From Octopus bimaculoides (taxonomy: Eukaryota): 41,922 nucleotides of DNA. Each line of letters begins with the position of its first letter. Positions within the stretch are counted from its first letter, which is position 1. Below the pieces are notes generated by a model that had not been told where the DNA came from, did no database searches, and saw only the letters and a program-made list of their open reading frames with translations. Shown here in pieces: positions 36,975 to 41,922 of this stretch. Location of the stretch: assembly GCF_001194135.2 (NCBI RefSeq), contig NC_068981.1, forward strand, positions 88,002,978 to 88,044,899, written 5' to 3'. The position numbers and the translations under genes are program-made.

Positions 36975-38681
36975 CATACATACATATACATGTAGATATG
37001 TATATATATATGCAGGAACAGGAGATATGGCAAGTATTTAACATGCTTCTGACCCACAGTGAAGAAAAATAGACGCTAGTCCTAACATCTCTAGAATTGA
37101 TGCAAAGAGTAACTCTATGGAAAGGCAATGTTTACTGCCACTCAACATAACTGTTTCGTATGGAAGAATGTTATTACTCTTTTTAGATCCCAGGAGAACA
37201 CCTCCTCCAGCTGGTTAATGACAACCTGTATCTGATATATTGCAAGGAGGGGAGAAAACCTCCATCATCTTAGTAGAGTTACTACTTGCATCTCTTATAG
37301 AGATTTTAGAACTAGCTACTTTGCTTGTTGCAAGATCAGCAACAGAATGTCGCTTATTCTTCTATATATATTGCACTACAGGGTGAATGACTGCCATCTC
37401 TAGCGGACAGTACTAAGGAAGGGCAAATACCCTGAAACCAGGCTGGTCTACTGGTTCTGTCAAATTGCTAGATGGTGGGTGTTTGCTTCTCTGTTTGCAA
37501 TATATCAGAGACTGGTTGTGTTGCTAACCAGTTGGAGGAGGTGTTTTCTTGGGATTAAAAAAGAATAGTAATGTTCCATACGGAACAGCCATGTTGAAGT
37601 GGCAACAAACATTACTAGATGAATATTATCTGTAAAACGAACAAGGCATGAGATCAGCTCCACTAATTCTATTTCAGGGAAGTTTCAGATCAAGTGGCTG
37701 TAGTAAAAAATTTTTGAAAAAATGTCAAAAATATCTGTTCAGTTTTGGCACAGATTTATTTAGCTACAGAGATGCCATATTATGCAGCAACTCCTATCTC
37801 ATTTGATTTTGCGTGACAACCAACACAATCAACTTCAAATATATATTTTGTGGCAATTATTTACCAATAGAGAAAAAAAAAACAAACAGAAAAACACTAA
37901 CAAGATAATATCTATAATTTCCAAGTCAACATCCACCCCCATACATATATACATACATGCATACATACATACATACATGCATACATACATACGTACACAT
38001 ATACATTTATGTGTCATCTACTAAACATCATCAACAAAGCATTACTTCCATCCACAGAACACACATAGTAACAGTATAACAACAGGTGTGATAGATGACG
38101 TGTATTATTATGCCACAGCACATCTGTCATAACAATTATTTTTTGATCCATCTATACCATTAATCTTTTCCCTTGTATTACTTTTAAACTGTAGAAGGCC
38201 AGCTGTGCAAGAGAAATGCCATTGCTTTTATTGTATTTTTATGTAGCCTACTTTGTTGTAACTTTAGATAGATTGAAAATTAATCATTTTAAAAATCAAA
38301 AAGGCCCTGAAAGTTGCTAGGAGTGTATAAGAGCCAATACTTCAGCAAACAGAAGATAGATTTTTTTCCTTAATAAGATGACAGTCTATCACAAATGTGA
38401 GTACTAGAAGATCTGGTATTTTTGATAAGTGAGCAATTGTGTGCTTAATAAGTTTGTTTCCAAACCATGTAGTCTTGGGTTCAGTTCCACTAAGCATCAC
38501 CTTGGGCAAGTGTTTTTTACTATAACACCAGGCTGACTAAATCCTTGTGAGTAGATTTGGTAGATGGAAACTGAAAGGACCTATGTGTGTGTGTATATGT
38601 ATGTGTGCATGCACCCTTATTTAGATGCCACATGATGCTTGTAAATGAGCATCATCATACAAGTGATAGTCATTTTCAGTC

Positions 38682-38715
<34 letters not shown>

Positions 38716-41023
38716 TCACTGCTTGGTAACTGGTGTTGGTTTATGCCCCTATAACATAGCAATATGGCAAAAAAGACCAACAGAATAAGTACTGCACTAA
38801 AACAAGAAAGAAAAAAACTGAGGTTGATTTATTTGACTAAAATTCTTCAAGGCAGTGTTCAAGCATGGCCACAGTCTGATGACTGAAACAAATAAAAGCT
38901 ATATATATCAGAAGATATTCAAAACAAAATAGCAAAGATAGCTTTAGAAACATAAAAATGAAATTGTCACAAAATAAAAATTTTGTACATTAAATACTAA
39001 AGAAACTTTTGAATATTAATCATTCCTATTATATACTGATATAGTCAACTCGCTGCCAAAACAACGATAAAAAGTTTGAGAAGGTTTCCTTTAAAAATAC
39101 AAAGAAAGAAAACAAAAATAAACAAATAAAAACAAAAAGGTTAGGAAATGTCACATATGACTTACAGTCCAAGCTGGAGATCCTCAATAGGTCCAACAAT
39201 CACCTCCATTTCACTGAGCTGTGAAGGTGATGGGCTCAAAGATGGCTCTTCACTCACAGCTGCTGTAGGTTTATAACTCAAGCCTGTAACTAATAAATAA
39301 AATACAATAGCTGTTAGAAAGAAACGCCTGTGAAAGACATCTAGAGAAAGACACAACAGATAAGATAGTCACTCATTCAATTATTACATAGTGTTGTCAT
39401 TTCTGTGGAAAGCAGCTATTATCTTCTTAGAAACCAATGGCATATCTTACACTTTAGATATACTTTGTTGTGTGGTTCTAGACTGTATCGAAACATAAAT
39501 GTACATAGATAAGTATAAAAGTCACATTCCAAGAAAACCACAAATTCATATTTGTGTCAGCTAATTAAGAATTGAGAGGCCCTAGCCCTACCACAACAGA
39601 AAAGCTTCTGCTTTTCTGAAAATTGTTAACTATATTCATCTCTACATCTAAAAGCCATTTGAAGCTCACACACACACCTCAGTTCTTCATCTCATTCTCA
39701 TTGTATTTTACCAACTCAGATTATAGATTATTATATGTATAGTCTTTTTCTTGATCTTTTTTCCTCTATAACTCTGTCTCTTATATTTACCCTCCAGTGT
39801 GCCATAACATCTCTTACATTAGTAGTGGATACACTGTGGGAAAATAAAGATGTAAACCAATAGAATAGGATAGATAATCTTGCCTCCTTCAAAAGCACAT
39901 GATGAGGCATTCACTGAGCTAATCAAAGTAACAAGCTTCTGACTTGTATTTTATAATCTTGGACAATATTCACTTAAAATCTTCAAATTATCTAGAAATA
40001 TTAACCTCACCATCACTTATGATCTTTTCTGGTGAGTTTTATAAAATTAAAACCATAAGCCAAAGCAAAACACTAAATCTGATCAATATCAAACTCTCCA
40101 CAAATTCAAATAAGGTGTACAACAGAATATGACTCAAACATCTGGGACAGTATTGCTGCCACACACACACACACACACAAATATCCTGGACTGAAAAAAA
40201 AAAGCTAGTCAATGGATTGGCAATGATCCACTAACTGACACAGTCCAACCTCTAACCCATAGATGTGCAGGCTCTTCACTCCACTTTTCAATTGCTACTA
40301 CAACAGTGGACTTTGCTCCTCAGAGTAAACATTTCCACCTCTTCTAATCATTCATTCCATGCCTTTCTTCATAGGTCCCCCATGCTAACCACTTTGGTCA
40401 ATCCTTCTTTCCCATAACATCAAACTGCTCAGATTTCCTCTCTAACATTTTTCCCTCTACAATTGTTGATTTACAACTGTTGTTCAAACTATGTTGTGAC
40501 ATCTCCAGTGGCAACCTGGTGTCTTCAGCTGCCAGCCCAGGCTTCACTGCTCATCAAGTCAAGAAGGGCAAAATGTCAAAGTATCAGTCACTCTGTGACA
40601 GATTTGAAGTCAAGCCTGTGGCAGTGGAAACCTCATTCTTGGCCCTCAGACTATATTTCTGCTGACTGCTGTCAGGGCAGAGTTGGCTATCTGCAAATGT
40701 GAGCCTCACGAGTCGGAGTAGTTGTTCCAATGCATCTCTCTAGCCATCCTCTGGGACAACACCTTTTCCATTTTGTTCATGGGGACAATGAGGTGAACTG
40801 ACAAGTCTTTTTAGTTATAGCTGTTGTATCTCTTAAGAGATAAATAAAATATATCAAAATATATTAAAACAAAATCACTGTAACCACTCTCAGAGGATCT
40901 GTGAAGGCAATGCTTACAAGCTTTTTATCCTATCTAAAACCATAAAAAAACAAAAAAAACAAAACCACTTACCAGCATCTTCTTTGTCAGTAGAATATTT
41001 ATTCACACTGATACTTGCTTGAC
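864..41023 (-). CDS. AIFM3: AIFM3-like (apoptosis-inducing factor 3 / Rieske-ferredoxin reductase fusion), multi-exon, 5' and 3' ends not identified in window
   Basis: 15 minus-strand exons with canonical AG/GT ends and matching phases give GQASISVNKYSTDKEDAGLSYKPT...LQLGLVKEVAVG...SKCTHYGLPLANGAYCNGRIRCPFHGACFDVKTGDIEDFPGLD...LLVGGGPASLICAETLRQEGF...PYDRPKLSK[gap]LVNID...LLLATGGNPRSL...VIIGSSFIGMEVAAA...GIYAAGDITEFP...HWQMAHAQG...FWTMMFGKSIRYAGYG...KNEIV. Rieske CxH/CxxH ligands, two dinucleotide-binding motifs, and PYDRPKLSK, ATG and GD motifs match the AIFM3 family as I recall it. Confidence 0.95.
1268..2537 (+). mobile_element. mariner (Tc1/mariner) DNA transposon, full length, transposase pseudogene about 1452-2462
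   Basis: ~30-bp TIRs (tcaagtcatcccataagttctgtccga / tcggacagaacttatgggatgacctga), TA on both sides, 1270 bp; motifs WVPHEL, VTGDEK, HQDNA, HPPYSxDLAxSDYHLF; internal stops and frameshifts. Confidence 0.95.
2700..2769 (-). CDS. AIFM3: AIFM3-like exon (GYGKDYNDIVVHGDDEKIACFYTK)
   Basis: acceptor ttaatctgcag, donor gtgagt; phase 1/2. Confidence 0.94.
3687..3785 (-). CDS. AIFM3: AIFM3-like exon (GKNAALNML...VPCFWTMMFGKSIRYAG)
   Basis: VPxFWTxxFGKSIRYAG motif; acceptor aatttttgtag, donor gtttgt; phase 1/1. Confidence 0.96.
4200..4505 (-). mobile_element. tRNA-derived SINE with CORE-like box (family C)
   Basis: minus strand: tRNA-like head then tgtgtccttgagcaagacact; related copy at 31600-31910. 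Confidence 0.6.
4760..5000 (+). mobile_element. degenerate CR1/L2-group LINE fragment (region C-terminal to RT)
   Basis: AKAASQRL..FFRDRKYFNPQHLLILYVAQVKPTMKYC resembles LLxLYKAQIRPxLEYC; downstream ltdslxsl segment is similar to 40180-40470. Confidence 0.6.
5380..5720 (-). mobile_element. tRNA-derived CORE-type SINE (family B, OR2-like)
   Basis: reverse complement of head ...aagaagtttgcttcccaacc...ttgggcaagtg...gatttggtagatggaaac; similar to the plus copy at 38430-38898. Confidence 0.65.
5773..5890 (-). CDS. AIFM3: AIFM3-like exon (YMQTNVEGIYAAGDITEFP...HWQMAHAQG)
   Basis: second FAD-binding AGD motif and HWQ motif; acceptor catttttcag, donor gtaagt; phase 0/1. Confidence 0.97.
6020..6238 (-). 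mobile_element. tRNA-derived SINE family A
   Basis: shared box ggatgaaaggc/tgaagt(c/t)gac...ggaatttgaactc found in all family A copies; (AAT)n flank. Confidence 0.75.
6278..6638 (-). mobile_element. Helentron/Helitron2-associated non-autonomous element (HINE/DINE-1-like)
   Basis: terminal hairpin tacctccacctt-tgct-aaggtggaggta (6607-6634), related subterminal acctctgccaagg at the other end, (CAAA)n near the hairpin, gaaagtttcatc..cagtggttcttgagat segment; second copy at 22726-22990. Confidence 0.65.
6639..7026 (-). mobile_element. SINE family A copy, partly duplicated by contig overlap (6628-6790 = 6801-6963)
   Basis: family A box; identical 163-bp sequence on both sides of a 10-N gap. Confidence 0.75.
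7026..7088. repeat. (ACT)n/(AAT)n microsatellite
   Basis: direct reading. Confidence 0.95.
7088..7590 (-). mobile_element. two further SINE family A copies (about 7088-7268 and 7385-7590)
   Basis: ggatgaaaggcaaagtcgaccctggtggcatttgaactcagaatgtaaag in the first; the second is more diverged. Confidence 0.7.
7877..7953 (-). CDS. AIFM3: AIFM3-like exon (GVTPATAYL...GFVCVNE)
   Basis: long polypyrimidine acceptor ...ttttctttaaaag, donor gtaagt; phase 1/0. Confidence 0.93.
8197..9277. repeat. long inverted repeat / foldback element (arms about 8197-8575 and 8877-9277, ~300-bp spacer)
   Basis: arms align by eye along their length, e.g. gttaagccattctccatctgttgtggtc vs gaccacaacagatgatggagaatggcttaac, and gatgcttccctcaattttatacatat vs atatgtataaaattgagggaagcatc. 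Confidence 0.9.
9876..9937. repeat. (GA)n microsatellite
   Basis: direct reading. Confidence 0.95.
10160..10295 (-). CDS. AIFM3: AIFM3-like exon (LHIDKGVKF...ADVCVVGIG)
   Basis: acceptor ttctttcacag, donor gtaact; phase 0/1. Confidence 0.95.
12748..12863 (-). CDS. AIFM3: AIFM3-like exon (GMEVAAAIL...AEKILQ)
   Basis: acceptor cttcccactag, donor gtatgt; phase 1/0; GMEVAA motif. Confidence 0.95.
13250..13812 (-). mobile_element. interspersed repeat (~550 bp) with (AAT)n tail, unclassified retroposon
   Basis: attattattgagtgaaagagcagtgcatgccatcaaagtgacactggg..acaaatatacaaagc recurs inverted at about 22997-23060; ends in an (ATT)n run. Confidence 0.5.
13812..14245 (+). mobile_element. two tandem SINE family A copies in plus orientation
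   Basis: gttgactttgcctttcatcctttcagggtcaataaaataaatacc box and tail ggccttgtgcctatagtagaaagaatt. Confidence 0.75.
14657..15730 (-). mobile_element. mariner DNA transposon, degenerate/internally deleted (mellifera-like N-terminus)
   Basis: TIRs ttggggtggtaaaaaagtttgtagcgt / acgctacaaactttttttaccaacccaa, TA on the right; minus-strand IHFRQLMLFYFRKGKNAAQ...KWFAWFR and WDVLTHPPDLALLDFHLFQSLQNSL. Confidence 0.9.
16756..16886 (-). CDS. AIFM3: AIFM3-like exon (NPRSLEIPG...LRTPSEAN...VVIIGSSFIG)
   Basis: NAD(P)H-binding motif IGSSFIG; acceptor ttcccttcag, donor gtaaac; phase 2/1. Confidence 0.96.
17160..17450 (-). mobile_element. SINE family B copy (tail ...ggccatgctggggcaccaccttgaag on + strand)
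   Basis: similar to 18330-18580 and the reverse complement of 38720-38898. Confidence 0.7.
17740..17960 (+). mobile_element. degenerate LINE ORF2 C-terminal fragment (RTE-like)
   Basis: HVIRM..KRIARWILQTEPTGGKLRSRPKVRCLDNI resembles GHVxRM...R..GRPxxRWxDxI. Confidence 0.5.
18768..19120. other. assembly gap (353 N); other gaps at 6791-6800, 21687-21696, 27476-27603, 35953-35962, 36760-36769
   Basis: runs of n. Confidence 1.
19285..19330 (+). ncRNA. hammerhead-ribozyme-like motif (minimal type I, stem II degenerate)
   Basis: aaaactgt CTGATGA acaggaatat GAAA ctc-t-gag TA acagtttt: perfect core, 8-bp stem I, 3-bp stem III with a 1-nt loop, GUA triplet; stem II poorly paired. Confidence 0.55.
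19371..19510 (-). mobile_element. Penelope-like terminal fragment with degenerate hammerhead-like motif (19459-19485)
   Basis: minus strand CTGTTGA a GAGC gta GCTC GAAACGTT; GAAACGTH with palindromic ACGT is typical of PLE minimal hammerheads; abuts (TA)n. Confidence 0.45.
19870..20281. mobile_element. solo LTR (Gypsy-like)
   Basis: 412 bp, TGTgG...CTACA termini, 4-bp TSD gtat (19866-19869 and 20282-20285), CpG-rich relative to flanks, AATAAA on the minus strand near 19970. Confidence 0.8.
21095..21290 (+). mobile_element. RTE (BovB-like) reverse transcriptase fragment
   Basis: NGIKQGCVLAHTLFGVSLAVLLKQTF...GIYLYTRSSDRHFNLSHPKPKTK matches the RTE GVKQGCVLAPTLF...RxDGxLFNLxRLxAKTK pattern. 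Confidence 0.8.
21335..21460. repeat. near-perfect palindrome: 58-bp stem, 10-nt loop
   Basis: 21335-21392 is the reverse complement of 21403-21460 with one mismatch (G-T); loop atgtaagtgg. Confidence 0.97.
22142..22233 (-). CDS. AIFM3: AIFM3-like exon (LVNIDSEKK...YTKLLLATGG)
   Basis: ATG motif; acceptor ttattattcag, donor gtaagt; phase 0/2. Confidence 0.95.
22320..22680 (-). mobile_element. SINE family B head with RTE-derived tail
   Basis: minus-strand tail ggaagagcatccagctatagaaaatctgcc...catgcaagtttggaaaagtggacattaaac matches the LINE 3' end at 36705-36890. Confidence 0.7.
22726..22990 (-). mobile_element. second Helentron/HINE-like copy, internally deleted, hairpin end missing
   Basis: aligns with 6278-6600 (ctctgccaaggcaacacc...gatttttaaaatgagaatatctgaaataaactc...ccagtcacgaggccaaa). 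Confidence 0.65.
23340..24749 (-). pseudogene. L1/Tx1 ORF2 3' half (RT subdomains 4-7 to C-terminal zinc finger)
   Basis: AYADDIT motif, WKG...CCQHPLCGGLSMP, HALVQCP; several stops and frameshifts. Confidence 0.88.
25029..26404 (-). pseudogene. L1/Tx1 ORF1 (gag-like, zinc knuckle), disrupted by a stop at 25748-25750 and a frameshift near 25680
   Basis: ORF track segments of 218 aa and 210 aa are collinear; C-x2-C-x4-H-x4-C motif. Confidence 0.8.
26432..26550 (+). mobile_element. short 3' fragment of a restriction-like-endonuclease retroelement (R4/Dong-like)
   Basis: ELLQKVCFLGTARIIRKAL resembles the LQKxxLLGTAxILRKVL C-terminus; only ~40 codons. Confidence 0.5.
26560..26770 (-). mobile_element. 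SINE family A copy
   Basis: gaaaggatgaaaggcaaagtcaatcttggcagaatttgaactcagaatg. Confidence 0.75.
27126..27346. mobile_element. piggyBac-like MITE
   Basis: TTAA on both sides (27122-27125, 27347-27350); termini ccatttagca / tgctaaaggg. Confidence 0.75.
27431..27669. repeat. (TA)n and (GA)n microsatellites flanking a 128-N gap (27476-27603)
   Basis: direct reading. Confidence 0.95.
27873..27985 (-). CDS. AIFM3: AIFM3-like exon (GPASLICAETLRQEGF...PYDRPKLSK)
   Basis: family-diagnostic CAETLRQEGF and PYDRPKLSK; acceptor ttatttaag, donor gtgagt; phase 1/0. Confidence 0.97.
28850..28976 (-). CDS. AIFM3: AIFM3-like exon (VTVEDAIVK...NLLVGGG)
   Basis: acceptor ttatatttcag, donor gtcagt; ends in the first GxG FAD-binding motif; phase 0/1. 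Confidence 0.92.
29220..29428 (-). mobile_element. SINE family A copy
   Basis: family A box and ggcacaaggcc tail. Confidence 0.75.
29538..29746 (+). mobile_element. mariner-derived MITE (deletion derivative)
   Basis: TA flanks; TIRs cgagggggtgctgaaaagttc / gaacatgtcagcactccttca; retains transposase tail GLEKL..CCKKYVDLRGEYVEK. Confidence 0.75.
30019..31060 (+). mobile_element. Penelope-like element, 5'-truncated (RT C-terminal part + GIY-YIG endonuclease)
   Basis: frame not in ORF track: FFSRYVDDILII...NIKFEIEHP...FYRK...HY*SALP (RYVDD at 30049-30063); then VVYEIICGKCGASY..STTRKLHICIKEH...SEAILIHQKKPKINNRRE; degenerate hammerhead-like end at 31017-31057. Confidence 0.9.
31215..31510 (-). 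mobile_element. two tandem SINE family B heads
   Basis: gggctatagtagaagacacttgccc occurs twice (about 31272 and 31427). Confidence 0.7.
31600..31910 (-). mobile_element. SINE family C copy with short internal duplication
   Basis: gcaacgtgaaatgaagtgttttgctgaagaacacaat...gctcaagaacacagt...ccaggaatcgaaacc. Confidence 0.6.
32026..32135 (-). CDS. AIFM3: AIFM3-like exon (GAYCNGRIRCPFHGACFDVKTGDIEDFPGLDSLHTFK)
   Basis: Rieske box 2 CPFHG; acceptor catttctcag, donor gtaagt; phase 1/0. Confidence 0.97.
33754..33863 (-). CDS. AIFM3: AIFM3-like exon (VKEVAVG...SKCTHYGLPLANG)
   Basis: Rieske box 1 CTHYG; acceptor aaattttaag, donor gtaaca; phase 2/1. Confidence 0.95.
34753..34860 (+). repeat. two-copy ~60-bp tandem repeat
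   Basis: gacacaccctggcctaccacctgatatatgcccaaagctaagaa / gacacgctctggtctaccacctgatgtacgcccaaagctaagaa. Confidence 0.85.
35040..35270 (+). mobile_element. LINE apurinic-endonuclease N-terminal fragment (CR1/L2/Jockey group)
   Basis: DPDFITVTETWAHS...FSIAGYNLFHKDCINRCGRGVMVYV matches PDIIxITETW...GYxLFRxDR...GGGVxxYV. Confidence 0.7.
35390..35830 (-). mobile_element. LINE ORF2 post-endonuclease linker fragment (CR1/L2 group)
   Basis: LNFHKANWKQI...NWPKCL...AWAIDNIKSNPR; lysine/arginine-rich linker. Confidence 0.65.
35858..36890 (+). mobile_element. RTE-clade LINE, 5'-truncated 3' end with ~600-bp 3' UTR and (GAT)n tail
   Basis: RNEASILRWMC...RRLHWYSHVARM...GRGRSR*TWDEVVRNDL...DRDLWK; stop at 36270-36272; ends gcggacgttaaacaatgatgatgat; two 10-N gaps with duplicated ends. 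Confidence 0.88.
36890..37012. repeat. compound (TA)/(CA)/(CATA) microsatellite
   Basis: direct reading. Confidence 0.9.
37125..37617. mobile_element. MITE/foldback element with ~125-150-bp terminal inverted arms
   Basis: e.g. acacctcctccagctggtta vs taaccagttggaggaggtgt, and tctgatatattgcaa vs ttgcaatatatcaga; arms diverged. Confidence 0.8.
37940..38005. repeat. (CATA)n microsatellite
   Basis: direct reading. Confidence 0.9.
38430..38898 (+). mobile_element. near full-length SINE family B copy (tRNA head, CORE-like box, internal (TG)n)
   Basis: ggttcagttccac..caccttgggcaagtg..tttggtagatggaaactgaaag...catggccacagtctgatgactgaaacaaataaaag. Confidence 0.75.
39166..39283 (-). CDS. AIFM3: AIFM3-like exon (GLSYKPT...EVIVGPIEDLQLGL), start of Rieske domain
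   Basis: acceptor ttagttacag, donor gtaagt, phase 1/2; resembles the AIFM3 V..V.DL..G Rieske start. Confidence 0.85.
40180..40470 (+). mobile_element. degenerate CR1/L2-group LINE C-terminal fragment
   Basis: ..DPLTDTVQPLTHR...YYNSGLCSSE...SFFP remnants; same family as 4760-5000. Confidence 0.5.
40480..40790 (+). mobile_element. CRE-clade-like retroelement fragment (restriction-like endonuclease C-terminus)
   Basis: AASPGFTAHQVKKGKMSKYQSLCDRFEVKPVAVETS..GP...E..E..LFQCISLAI resembles K..KY..L......PVAVET.G..GP...FQRISLAIQRGN. Confidence 0.7.
40973..41023 (-). CDS. AIFM3: AIFM3-like exon (GQASISVNKYSTDKEDAG), phase 1/1
   Basis: T-rich acceptor ttttatttatag, donor gtaagt, 51 nt, open and in phase with the next exon; sequence not conserved enough to confirm by motif. 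Confidence 0.7.
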
Positions 41024-41922
41024 CTATAAATAAAAAAAAAACATGATTATCATCATCACCATTATTGTGATCATTATTACAGACAGAGAAACAATACCCA
41101 CTTTTATATTATAATGGAATCATCAATAGGATTATCCCTTGCTGGTACTACAACCATCATCATCAGCACGAACATAATTATTCATACAATCATTACCTCT
41201 ACTAACATTACAATATTACCAATCATCATTATCATCATAATTGAACCACAAACATCCTTATTAACTCAATCAGTGACCAAGCCATCATCATTATCTTCAT
41301 TTACCAGACACCATCAAGATCTAGCTGGCAAGAAATAACAGCCAAATTTTACCTCAAATCACACCTTACTGTCTTAGAAAAGGATACATTGGATAATGTG
41401 TTGAGCAAAAAGGTGGTATGGTCACAATAGGAAATCCTTTCACGATAAGTATGTTTAATCAGAATTGGTTAGGGGTTAAACAACAACAAAAGTTGTAACA
41501 GTTTCCTCAAGACCCAACTTCATGGGCTCCAGTGAAAGAGCCCCAACATAGTTGATCAACCTGTCAGAAATAATCAAAGTCTCCTTCAAATCAAACCTCA
41601 TTATTTTAAACAAACAAGAACACAAATTAATCCAAAAAATAATAGTTTGCTTTGTCAAATGCCAAATAATTGTAATTCGATATAATACCAAAGTTTATAC
41701 TAAATCCTTAAGAAGTTGGTTGTTCTAAAATATAGACATTTGTGTATGCACAATTGAGGCAGTATCAAATTAAAATAGCCAGCTATGTATTATACTCAAT
41801 GTATATACACTGTTAGCTCCCTCTGTCAACCCATCTTCCCAGCAACCCTTCATTGTACCACCCATGATCACCACTCTCTCCTATGTGCCTATCCACACAC
41901 TCTCCATACCCTCACATATCTA

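Noticed and set aside
38871-38890. CTGATGA-ct-GAAAC resembling a hammerhead core
   Set aside because: No room for stem II and no stem I; part of the SINE-B tail
4200-38898. tRNA-like A/B-box sequences
   Set aside because: They are SINE heads, not intact cloverleaf tRNA genes
192-41691. Most short ORFs in the provided track (poly-YI, poly-SL, poly-T/V, poly-I etc.)
   Set aside because: Translations of microsatellites, SINEs or antisense exon/TE sequence
1-41922. CRISPR arrays, rRNA, prokaryotic operons or NUMT
   Set aside because: No regularly spaced repeat-spacer array, rRNA-like or mitochondrial-like sequence seen; the window is intron-rich eukaryotic DNA

Overview
AT-rich, microsatellite- and repeat-dense eukaryotic genomic DNA from a draft assembly with six N gaps, five of them flanked by duplicated contig ends. 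The repeat families look like those of a coleoid cephalopod (Octopus-like); this is my recognition, not a database result. The only supported host gene is a minus-strand, multi-exon AIFM3-like gene (Rieske [2Fe-2S] domain fused to an FAD/NAD(P)H oxidoreductase). I reconstructed 15 GT-AG exons between 41023 and 864 that splice in phase. The first exon, the terminal exon and one expected internal exon were not found. The introns hold two mariners and a mariner MITE, a piggyBac-like MITE, Helentron/HINE-like copies, an internally deleted L1/Tx1 element, Penelope, RTE, CR1/L2-like, CRE- and R4-like fragments, a solo LTR and many tRNA-derived SINEs. The most unusual signals are (i) several minimal type I hammerhead-ribozyme-like motifs, mostly in small (TA)n-anchored elements, one on the host transcript strand just 3' of the last identified exon, and (ii) long intronic fold-back structures (a 58-bp near-perfect hairpin, and inverted repeats with ~380-bp and ~125-bp arms). 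TE and repeat boundaries are approximate unless TIR/TSD evidence is given.
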